Assembly (NCBI GenBank): GCA_964343975.1
Contig: CAYFLU010000001.1
Location: 1,880-65,879, forward strand
DNA length: 64,000 nt
Source of the DNA: an uncultured Solibacteraceae bacterium
GTDB lineage: Bacteria > Acidobacteriota > Vicinamibacteria > Vicinamibacterales > SCN-69-37
Direction: 5' to 3'
Each line of letters starts with the position of its first letter. Position 1 is the first letter of the stretch. This document shows positions 43,807 through 51,561 of the stretch, piece by piece. A program made the position numbers and the translations under genes. The notes beneath the pieces were generated by a model. The model searched no databases, was not told the DNA's origin, and worked only from the letters and a program-made list of their open reading frames with translations.

Positions 43807-45612
43807 ATGACGCGACGCAACTCTTGGTTCGGCGCCCTGCTCGGCGCCGTCGTCATCGCGGTGACGATTACGCAGGCCGCGCCCACGGCGCCGGTGGCCG
43901 ACGCCGCCTCGCGCGGGGATCTCGTGACGGTGCAGGACCTGATCCGGCGCCACGCGGACATCAACGCGGCGCAGGGCGACGGCATGACGGCGCTCCACTG
44001 GGCCGCCCTCAACGGCGACCTGAAGCTCACGACGACCCTCCTCGCCGCGAAGGCGAAGGTGGATCCGGTGACGCGCCTCGGCGACTACACGCCGCTGCAC
44101 CTCGCGGCGCAGCGCGGGTACGCCCCGATCGTGGCCGCGCTCGTGGCCGGCGGCAGCAAGGTGACGGCCGTGACCGGCACGGGCCTGCAGCCGATCCACT
44201 TCGCCGCGGAATCCGGCAACGTGGATGCGGTGAAGGCGCTGCTCGACAAGGGCGCGGACGCGAACGTGAAGGACACGACGCACGGCCGCACGCCGCTCGT
44301 GTTCGCCGCCTCGAAGGACCGCGTCGACGCGATCAAGTTCCTGATCTCGCGCGGCGCGAACGTGCAGACACCGACCAACGTGATCGACTACGTCGAACGC
44401 GCGAAGACCGATGCGGCGGATCGCTCGGCGCGCGCGCGTGAGACGGCCGCCGGTACAGGCCGTGGCGGCGCGGGTCGCGCGGGCGCGGCCGGGCGTGGCG
44501 CGGCGGCGCCGGATCCGGCCGACCAGCAGGACCCGACCGATCCGCTCGCGCAGTTCAATGCGCCGGGTCAGACGACGACGGCGGCGGCCGGGCGCGGTGG
44601 CGCGGCGGCAGGCCGCGGGTCGCGTGGTCCGTCGGATGCCGAGATCATCGGCAAACAGGGCGGCCTCACGGCACTGCACTACGCCGTGCGCGACGGCTAC
44701 GCGGATGCGGTGGCGGTGCTCCTCGACGCGAAGACCGACATCAACTCACGCTCGGCCGATCTCTCGACGCCGCTCGTGCTCTCGATCGTGAACGGCCAGT
44801 ACGACATCGCGATGTCACTTCTGAAGCGCGGCGCCGACCCGAACCTCTGCAACGACGACGGCATCTGCCCGCTGTTCGCGGTGGTGAACAACGAGTGGGC
44901 GCTCCGCACGTGGTATCCGCAGCCGACCGCGGGCACGCAGCAGGAAGCGACCTACCTCCAGCTGATGGAAGCCCTGCTCAAGGCGAAGGCCGACCCGAAC
45001 GCACGCACGTTCTCGCACGTGTGGTTCGCCGCCTACAACGCCGGCCGCATGGGCGTGGACTTCGTCGGCGCGACGCCGTTCTGGCGCGCGGCCTACGCCC
45101 TCGATGTGGACGCGATGCGTCTGCTCGTGAAGTACGGCGCGGATCCGAACATCGCGACCAAGACGTTCGGCAGCGCGGCGCGTCCCAATGACCCGTCGGG
45201 TCTGCCGTCAGTGCCCGCCGGTGGCCCGCACGTGCCGCCGTTCCACGCGGCGATGGGCGTCGGCTACGGCACGTCACGCGTGGCGCAGCAGCACCGCCAT
45301 GTGCCGGACGGCTGGATGCCGGTGGCGAAGTACTTCGTCGAAGAGCTGAAGGTGAACATCAACCAGCGCGACGCGGACGGCTTCACGGCGATGCATCACG
45401 CGGCCGCGCGCGGCGACAACGAGATGATCAACTACCTCGTGAAGCACGGCGCCGACGTGAAGGTCGTGAACCGCAACGGCCAGACCACGGTGGACATGGC
45501 CAACAGCCCGGAACAGCGCACGCAGCCGTTCCCCGACACGATCAAGCTGCTCGAAGGCATGGGCGCGATCAACAACCACAAGTGCCAGGCCTGCAAGGCC
45601 GGCGGCAACTGA
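43807..45612 (+). CDS. Exported ankyrin-repeat protein
   Basis: Signal/TM segment followed by many 'G.T.LH.AA..G....v..Ll..GAd.N' repeats. An Arg/Gly-rich linker sits in the middle. Confidence 0.85.
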   Translation: MTRRNSWFGALLGAVVIAVTITQAAPTAPVADAASRGDLVTVQDLIRRHADINAAQGDGMTALHWAALNGDLKLTTTLLAAKAKVDPVTRLGDYTPLHLAAQRGYAPIVAALVAGGSKVTAVTGTGLQPIHFAAESGNVDAVKALLDKGADANVKDTTHGRTPLVFAASKDRVDAIKFLISRGANVQTPTNVIDYVERAKTDAADRSARARETAAGTGRGGAGRAGAAGRGAAAPDPADQQDPTDPLAQFNAPGQTTTAAAGRGGAAAGRGSRGPSDAEIIGKQGGLTALHYAVRDGYADAVAVLLDAKTDINSRSADLSTPLVLSIVNGQYDIAMSLLKRGADPNLCNDDGICPLFAVVNNEWALRTWYPQPTAGTQQEATYLQLMEALLKAKADPNARTFSHVWFAAYNAGRMGVDFVGATPFWRAAYALDVDAMRLLVKYGADPNIATKTFGSAARPNDPSGLPSVPAGGPHVPPFHAAMGVGYGTSRVAQQHRHVPDGWMPVAKYFVEELKVNINQRDADGFTAMHHAAARGDNEMINYLVKHGADVKVVNRNGQTTVDMANSPEQRTQPFPDTIKLLEGMGAINNHKCQACKAGGN

Positions 45613-45635
45613 CCTCAACCACCCGTTCTACCCGA

Positions 45636-45670
45636 CGCCGCGCCCGGTTCCCCCACGAACCGGCGCGGCG
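45636..45670 (+). terminator. GC-rich hairpin (about a 14-bp stem with one bulge, loop CCCCAC) followed by TTGGTGTGTGTG
   Basis: CGCCGCGCCCGGTTC-CCCCAC-GAACCGGCGCGGCG starts 24 nt after the ankyrin stop. The U-tract is weak. Confidence 0.5.
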
Positions 45671-45733
45671 TTGGTGTGTGTGGGCCCGTTCTTGTCGTAC
45701 GCTGGACGAACAATTTCTCATCAGGAGATGACC

Positions 45734-46969
45734 ATGAAGACGTGGGTACAAGCCGCATTGCTGCTGCTCCTCGGCGCCTCGACGGCGCAGGCGCAGATCA
45801 ACGGCGGTGAACAGAAACCGGAAGCGACGCTGCCGTTCACGGTGACGCAGGTCGCGTCGTTCAATCTGCCGTGGCGCATCGCGTTTCTGCCGGATGGTCG
45901 CATGCTCGTGACCGAGAAGGTCGGTCCGGTGTATGTGGTCGCGCAGGACGGCACGAAGATCACGATCGCGAACGCGCCGGCGGTGCTGAGCCAGGGCCAG
46001 GGCGGCATGCTCGGCATCTATCTGTCGCCGAAGTACGCGAGCGACAAGACGGTGTACCTCACCTACTCCGAGCCGAACGAGCCGGCGGATCGCACGTCGA
46101 GCCTCGCGCTCGCGAAGGCCACGCTCACGCTCGGCACGGGCACGGCGAGCTTCGACAACCTGAAGGTGATCTGGCGGGAGATGCCGAAGGGCTCGGGCGG
46201 TCAGTTCGGCGGCGCCGTGGCGTTTTCGCCCGATGGCCGCTATCTGTTTCTGACGGTCGGCGATCGGCAGCGCATGACGCCGGCGCAAGACCCGAATCAG
46301 CCGCTCGGCAAGATTCTGCGGCTCACGCTCGACGGCCAGCCGGCGCCGGGCAATCCGAACGCGGGCAAGACGGGCGCGGCCGACGTGTCGATGATCAACC
46401 CGCCGCGCAACACCGAACTGGCGAAGACTGCGGCGGTCGTGAAGACCTACACGTATCCGTCGCCGAACCTCACGCCGTCGGAGACGTGGGCGTCGGGCTT
46501 CCGCACGCCGTACGGCCTCGTGTTCGGTCCGGACGGACGGCTGTGGGAAGTGGAGCACGGTCCGAAGGGCGGCGACGAGCTCAACCTGATCGAGCCGGGC
46601 AAGAACTACGGCTGGCCGCTCGTGTCGTACTCGACCAACTACGACAACACGCCGATCCCGAGCCCCGACACGCGGCCGGATCTCGCAAAGCCGGTGATCT
46701 ATTGGACGCCGGTGATCGCGCCGGGCAACATGGCGTTCTACAAAGGCGCGCAGTTTCCGCAGTGGAACGGCTCGCTGTTGATCACGGGCATGGGCTCGCA
46801 GTCGATCACGCGCGTGACGTTCGATGCGAAGGGCAACGCGTCACTTGCCGAGCGCTGGGCCATGGGCAAGCGCGTGCGCGACATCGCGGTGGCGCCGGAC
46901 GGCGCGCTCTGGATCGTCGAAGACTCGAACCCGGGCGGGCTCTACAAGCTCACCCCGGTCAAGAAGTAG
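45734..46969 (+). CDS. PQQ-dependent sugar (glucose/sorbosone) dehydrogenase, exported
   Basis: AGGAG Shine-Dalgarno sequence and signal peptide; 'PWRIAFLPDGRMLVTEK', 'GGMLGIYLSP' and 'YGWPLVSY'. Confidence 0.85.
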   Translation: MKTWVQAALLLLLGASTAQAQINGGEQKPEATLPFTVTQVASFNLPWRIAFLPDGRMLVTEKVGPVYVVAQDGTKITIANAPAVLSQGQGGMLGIYLSPKYASDKTVYLTYSEPNEPADRTSSLALAKATLTLGTGTASFDNLKVIWREMPKGSGGQFGGAVAFSPDGRYLFLTVGDRQRMTPAQDPNQPLGKILRLTLDGQPAPGNPNAGKTGAADVSMINPPRNTELAKTAAVVKTYTYPSPNLTPSETWASGFRTPYGLVFGPDGRLWEVEHGPKGGDELNLIEPGKNYGWPLVSYSTNYDNTPIPSPDTRPDLAKPVIYWTPVIAPGNMAFYKGAQFPQWNGSLLITGMGSQSITRVTFDAKGNASLAERWAMGKRVRDIAVAPDGALWIVEDSNPGGLYKLTPVKK

Positions 46970-46976
46970 ACCGTCG

Positions 46977-47876
46977 CTAGAACCCGCAACGGTAGTTGCT
47001 GAATTCGTAGACCTTCTTCCACGACGTGCCGACGGCTTTGTAGATGGCGTACTTGTCACCTTCGAAGCCGTTGGTCTTCGTCACGATCTCGCTCACACCA
47101 TCGCCATCCAGATCGGCGTGGTCCACGAGCCGCTCGACGTAGATCGCATCGCCTGATCCCACCACCGACAGCTCCATACCGCCCATCAACGTGTCTTTCG
47201 TCTGGCGGTCTTTCTGCGCCAGCGCCGTGGCAAACCCCGTCGCGTTCGGCTCGAGCAAGAGGAACAGCACATCGCGCGCGGCCGCGGTGCGCGCCACGAG
47301 GCTCCCGATGAGGAGGGGCTTGCCGTTCGCGCGAACGTCGATGGCGGTGAGGTTCACGACGTCGGGATCCGCGATCGCGGCGGCGGGCAATCCGCGCCAG
47401 GCCTCGGCCGCGAGCTTCAGCGCTGCCGCGCGCTCGTCACTGGTCGGCGCGCGACGTGCCCGCTCGCCCTTCCCCAACGCGTCATTCGTCGTGGCCAGCG
47501 CCATCAGGCTGCCGGTGGGCGTGAACGTGCTCTTGAGCGAGACCTGTCCGGCGGTTTTCGCGCACTCGCTCGTGTGCGAGTCGCCCGTGACGGTCGCCGT
47601 GCCGACGGCGGCGCCGCCAGAGAGCACGCGCACGCTGCGTCCCTTCCTGTAGTACGTCGTCGCGAATTTCGCGATGTCTTTCTCGTCGGAGGAGCCGGAG
47701 ATCGGCTCGGTGAACTTCCCGCCGCTCATCATCGCCACCGGGACGACATCAAACCCATCGCCCGCGGCTGACAGCACGAACAGGGCCGCGGGATCCGCAG
47801 CTTTCGATTGAAATGCCGTCAGGTGACCGGCGGCGAGAACGAGAGCGAGGGCGGCGGCAGCGGCGAGACGATTCAC
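46977..47876 (-). CDS. Hypothetical exported protein
   Basis: 299 aa with a signal peptide. A C-terminal 'DLDGDGVSEIV' FG-GAP/VCBS-like motif is present, and no other domain is recognised. Confidence 0.6.
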   Translation of the reverse strand: MNRLAAAAALALVLAAGHLTAFQSKAADPAALFVLSAAGDGFDVVPVAMMSGGKFTEPISGSSDEKDIAKFATTYYRKGRSVRVLSGGAAVGTATVTGDSHTSECAKTAGQVSLKSTFTPTGSLMALATTNDALGKGERARRAPTSDERAAALKLAAEAWRGLPAAAIADPDVVNLTAIDVRANGKPLLIGSLVARTAAARDVLFLLLEPNATGFATALAQKDRQTKDTLMGGMELSVVGSGDAIYVERLVDHADLDGDGVSEIVTKTNGFEGDKYAIYKAVGTSWKKVYEFSNYRCGF

Positions 47877-47903
47877 GGCGCCACACTGTACCGCAGCCTC
47901 AGA

Positions 47904-50084
47904 TCAGAACATCCAGCGAATGCCGGCGTTGATCACCCGGCCGTCGAGCGGTCCCCACGCATCGACCGTCCAGCGGCCATCGAAGTTACGTGACGGGCGG
48001 ACCAGTGGGTCGACGCGGGTCTGGCGGCGATCAGCCAGATTCTCCGCATTGATGAAGACGCGCAGCCGTGAGTGAATGCGGCGCTCGATCATCGCGCCGA
48101 GATAGACGTACCGCGGGCTGCGCGTGCGATACGGGTTGTCTTCGAGCCGCTGCGGGCCGGTGACATAGATCTCGAGGCCCGCGCGGCCGGCGCCTTCGCG
48201 CTCCCACGCCGCGACCACACCGGCAGCGTGCATAGGCGTGAGCGGCACGTCGTTGCGCGTGGCCGTGGCCGGATCCATCTCCGTCGATCGCGTCAGGGTG
48301 TACGTAGCCACGATGGAGAAGTCCTGCACGTGCATCTTGGCGAGTGCCTCTGCACCAATGGTGGTGGTCGGGCCGGGACGCGTGACCAGTGCGTAGGTGG
48401 CCGCGCTCACCGGCTGCACCGCAAGGGCGCCCGTGACACGTGAGCCAAACACCGTCGCATTCAGCTCGAGGCCGCCAAACACACGATTGACGTCCAGTGA
48501 GTAACTGCGCGCGCGCTCGGCCGTCGTCGGCAACCCCGACACCATTCGCGTGAGACCGACCGCGTCCGTTTCGTCGGTGAGCGGCGTCGGCGCGAAGTAG
48601 CCGGTGCCGCCAGACATGCGGATGGTCCAGCCAGGGGCCGGCTTGACGAGGGCCGACAGGCGCGGGCTGAGAAACGTGCCGAACTGATTGTGTCGATCGA
48701 GCCGCGCACTGATGGACACCGCAAGTGCCGGCGAGAACGTGTAGTCGTCCTGGGCGAAGACCGACGGCACGACGTGCTGGTAGTTGAAGCGCGGCAGCGT
48801 GACGCTGCGGTAGTCGTCGGATTGCAGCGCACCACCGATGACCCACACGTGCGCGCCGGTCGTTCCAGTCAACGACACTTCGCCGAACCCGGTCGCGTGG
48901 CGATCGGTCTCCGGCGCGTCGCCAAAGACGTGATCGTGTTGCTGCACCGCAGCTGATCCGCGAACGCCCAGAACGCGCTCGCCCATCACGATGAAGCGGC
49001 CGACGAGTCCGGCGTCGAAGCGGCGTGAATCGAGCGCTTCGCGAAAGGCGCGGCCATCCGGCGCCACGCGGCCGGGCATCGTCCCGCCTTCGCGCGTCTC
49101 GCCCATGAAGCCGGCCGTGAAGAACACCGACTGCCCTTGTCCGTTGTTCCAGAACACACGCGGCCGGAGATTCACGCGCGAGAAGCCCGGCAGATCCGTC
49201 CAACCGTCGCCGTCAACATCGCGTTTCGACTGCCGATCGGCATTGGCCAACAGGCTGTAGCTCCACCGCGGCGCCAACGGACCCGACAGCCACAGCACGG
49301 CGTCGGTACCTCCGAGCGTGGTCTGGTTCACCAGCACTTCCCGTTCGGCGTCCGGCTTGGGCTGTCGCGACACGAGGTTGATCACGCCGCCGAGTGCGGA
49401 TGAGCCGAAGAGTGACGAGGCCACCCCTTTCACGATCTCGACGCGGCTGAGATCCATGGGCGGAATCTGCAGCAGGCCGATCGAACCCGACTGCCCGCCG
49501 TAGAGCGGCAGGCCGTCCGACAACAACTGCGTGTAGCGGCCGCGCAGCCCCTGCATACGCAAGCTCGCAGCGCCGAGCGACGGCGAGGTCACCTGCACGC
49601 GCAGGCCGGCCGTTTCGTTCAGCATCATCGCGATGTCGCCGGGCGTCATCATCAACTTCTCTTCAATCTCGTCGCGACTCAGCACCTCCACACGCAGCGG
49701 CTCGTCCTGCACGCGTTTGCCGGCGCGCGTGGCCGACACGGTCACCTCTTCATCCACATCGACGTCGACGGCGAGCTCGATCGTCACCGGGAGCGTCACC
49801 CCGGCCGGCACGGTCAGCGTTTTCTGTTGTCGTGCGAAGGCCTCGGCCGTGACGACGATCGTCACATCGCCGGCGGTGACGGGGATCGTGACGACGCCAT
49901 CGGCCGGCGTGGTCTGTGTCTGTGCGCCAATCGTCACCTCGGCGCCGGCCACGGATCCGGCGGCGCTCTTCACCTCCACGCGGACCGCCGTCACAGGCGT
50001 CTGCGCATGCGCATTCGGCGCCACGCACCACAACAGCACGCACACACCCGCAGCAACCCGCCTCAGCATTTTCCGGCTCCTCAC
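47904..50084 (-). CDS. TonB-dependent receptor with an N-terminal carboxypeptidase-regulatory-like domain
   Basis: Signal peptide, plug region 'DEEVTVSATR...', beta-barrel composition, and terminal '...GIRWMF'. Confidence 0.9.
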   Translation of the reverse strand: MRSRKMLRRVAAGVCVLLWCVAPNAHAQTPVTAVRVEVKSAAGSVAGAEVTIGAQTQTTPADGVVTIPVTAGDVTIVVTAEAFARQQKTLTVPAGVTLPVTIELAVDVDVDEEVTVSATRAGKRVQDEPLRVEVLSRDEIEEKLMMTPGDIAMMLNETAGLRVQVTSPSLGAASLRMQGLRGRYTQLLSDGLPLYGGQSGSIGLLQIPPMDLSRVEIVKGVASSLFGSSALGGVINLVSRQPKPDAEREVLVNQTTLGGTDAVLWLSGPLAPRWSYSLLANADRQSKRDVDGDGWTDLPGFSRVNLRPRVFWNNGQGQSVFFTAGFMGETREGGTMPGRVAPDGRAFREALDSRRFDAGLVGRFIVMGERVLGVRGSAAVQQHDHVFGDAPETDRHATGFGEVSLTGTTGAHVWVIGGALQSDDYRSVTLPRFNYQHVVPSVFAQDDYTFSPALAVSISARLDRHNQFGTFLSPRLSALVKPAPGWTIRMSGGTGYFAPTPLTDETDAVGLTRMVSGLPTTAERARSYSLDVNRVFGGLELNATVFGSRVTGALAVQPVSAATYALVTRPGPTTTIGAEALAKMHVQDFSIVATYTLTRSTEMDPATATRNDVPLTPMHAAGVVAAWEREGAGRAGLEIYVTGPQRLEDNPYRTRSPRYVYLGAMIERRIHSRLRVFINAENLADRRQTRVDPLVRPSRNFDGRWTVDAWGPLDGRVINAGIRWMF

Positions 50085-50171
50085 TCACACTCGTTGGGGT
50101 GGACGCGTCTCTAGTATCGCAGGGATGCGCCAGACCGCATGAATGGCTGCACCTCCCGCCCGTTGTCGTGT

Positions 50172-50195
50172 ATACTGAACCACATGGTTCAGCAT
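50172..50195. promoter_or_regulatory. 10-4-10 imperfect palindrome ATACTGAACC-ACAT-GGTTCAGCAT spanning the ArsR start codon; putative autoregulatory operator
   Basis: Read directly; 9 of 10 arm positions pair. It overlaps a TATACT box at 50171-76. Confidence 0.45.
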
Positions 50196-50549
50196 CAAGG
50201 CCCGGTGCTCGACGCCGCCTTTGCCGCGCTGGCCGACGCCACGCGCCGCGGCGTGCTCGAGCAGCTCGGCCGCAAGGATCTCTCGATCACCGACCTGGCC
50301 GCGAAGTTCGACATGACGCTCACGGGCATGAAGAAGCACGTGGGCGTGCTCGAACGCGCCGGTCTCGTCTCAACGGAAAAGGTCGGGCGCGTACGCACCT
50401 GCACGCTCGGCGGACGACGGTTGGAAGAAGCGGTGGCGTGGATCGAGAAATTCCACGACCTCTGGAGCGCGCGCTTCGACGCGCTGGACACGGTCATTGA
50501 ATCGCTTAAACGAGAGGAACGACGCCATGGTCGAACGAAGCGGAAGTGA
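50184..50549 (+). CDS. ArsR/SmtB-family transcriptional regulator
   Basis: Contains 'FAALADATRRGVLEQL...LSITDLAAKFDMTLTGMKKHVGVLERAGLV'. Confidence 0.85.
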   Translation: MVQHQGPVLDAAFAALADATRRGVLEQLGRKDLSITDLAAKFDMTLTGMKKHVGVLERAGLVSTEKVGRVRTCTLGGRRLEEAVAWIEKFHDLWSARFDALDTVIESLKREERRHGRTKRK

Positions 50550-51030
50550 GCATACGCCGATGAAGCACCCCACCGTGGTTGAACGCGTGTCTGACCGCGA
50601 ACTCGTGGTGACGCGCACGTTCAATGCCCCCGCGCGACTGGTGTTCGAGGCCTGGACCCGGCCCGAGCTGATGAAGCAGTGGTGGGTGCCGAAGTCGATG
50701 GGCATGACGCTGCTGTCGATCGACATGGACGTGCGCACGGGCGGGTCGTACCGCTTCGTGTTCCAGTTCGGCGAAGCGACCATGGCGTTCTTCGGGAGTT
50801 ACCTCGAGGTGACGCCGCCCTCACGACTCGTCTGGACCAATGAAGAGAGTGGCGATCAGGCCTCGGTCACGACGGTGACGTTCGAGGAATCGCACGGCAA
50901 GACCGTGGTCGTGATGCGCGATGTGTATCCGTCGAAGGAAGCCCTCGACGCCGCCGGCACCGGCGCGGCCGATGCCACGGTCGAGACGTTCGGTCAGCTC
51001 GACGAACTGCTGATCACACTGGGAGCGTAG
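50527..51030 (+). CDS. SRPBCC / Aha1-domain protein
   Basis: Contains 'LVVTRTFNAPARLVFEAWTRPELMKQWW'. This is the usual ArsR-Aha1 pairing, and it overlaps arsR by 23 nt. Confidence 0.85.
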   Translation: MVERSGSEHTPMKHPTVVERVSDRELVVTRTFNAPARLVFEAWTRPELMKQWWVPKSMGMTLLSIDMDVRTGGSYRFVFQFGEATMAFFGSYLEVTPPSRLVWTNEESGDQASVTTVTFEESHGKTVVVMRDVYPSKEALDAAGTGAADATVETFGQLDELLITLGA

Positions 51031-51062
51031 GATGCACGCCCTTCAGCGTGATTCCACGCAGC

Positions 51063-51248
51063 CTACTTTTCGCCTTCCTGTGCGTAGACAGCTTTCACCA
51101 GCGCCTGGGCGTCGGCCAGGGAGATCTTCATCCGGTAGACAAGATACTCGGCGGGGCTGAGGCTCGCGCGTTCCATGCCGGCTTCGTCGTCCATCCAGCG
51201 CTTGGCCGCCAGCAGTTGGGTTCGGTTCTGGGTAATCGGTTCCGTCAT
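51063..51248 (-). CDS. Small hypothetical protein
   Basis: 61 aa from the ATG at 51248, preceded by a GGAGGA Shine-Dalgarno sequence. No domain is recognised. Confidence 0.45.
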   Translation of the reverse strand: MTEPITQNRTQLLAAKRWMDDEAGMERASLSPAEYLVYRMKISLADAQALVKAVYAQEGEK

Positions 51249-51303
51249 CTCAGGGTTCCTCCGGCGCGTTCGATTTACGGCACCGAACACTCGGTGATTA
51301 GTA

Positions 51304-51328
51304 TCGCTCGGACGCAGGGATTCGGTCC
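51304..51328 (-). repeat. Degenerate copy of the T-arm/acceptor 3' half of the neighbouring tRNA-Gln
   Basis: The 15-mer GGACGCAGGGATTCG (plus strand) is identical at 51310-24 and 51441-55, with partial matches on both sides. No D arm or anticodon arm is present. Confidence 0.55.
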
Positions 51329-51434
51329 GTCAGCCGAGGCGAAGCCGAAGGCTGACTGACCCCGCAAGCCGGGCGGCACAGCCGATCGAAAATTGGTAGA
51401 ACAGCCGATCGAGCGAACCGAAGGTGAGTGAGAT

Positions 51435-51508
51435 TGGCTGGGACGCAGGGATTCGAACCCCAATAACCTGCTCCAGAGGCAGGTGTCCTACCGTTGAACG
51501 ACGTCCCA
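51435..51508 (-). tRNA. tRNA-Gln (anticodon CUG), CCA encoded
   Basis: Hand-folded 74-nt cloverleaf: acceptor TGGGACG/CGTCCCA, D stem GTTC/GGAC, anticodon stem CCTGC/GCAGG with loop CTCTGGA, T loop TTCGAAT, discriminator G, then CCA. Confidence 0.9.
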
Positions 51509-51561
51509 GCGAGGACAACGGGTCGTAACTGGAACTTTTAGGATAGCAGTACCGCTCGCCG

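Noticed and set aside
42979-44679. 566-aa minus-strand ORF
   Set aside because: It is antisense to the DUF1552 and ankyrin genes.
51304-51328. Second tRNA gene
   Set aside because: Only the T-arm/acceptor 3' half is similar. No D arm, anticodon arm or 5' acceptor strand can be drawn.
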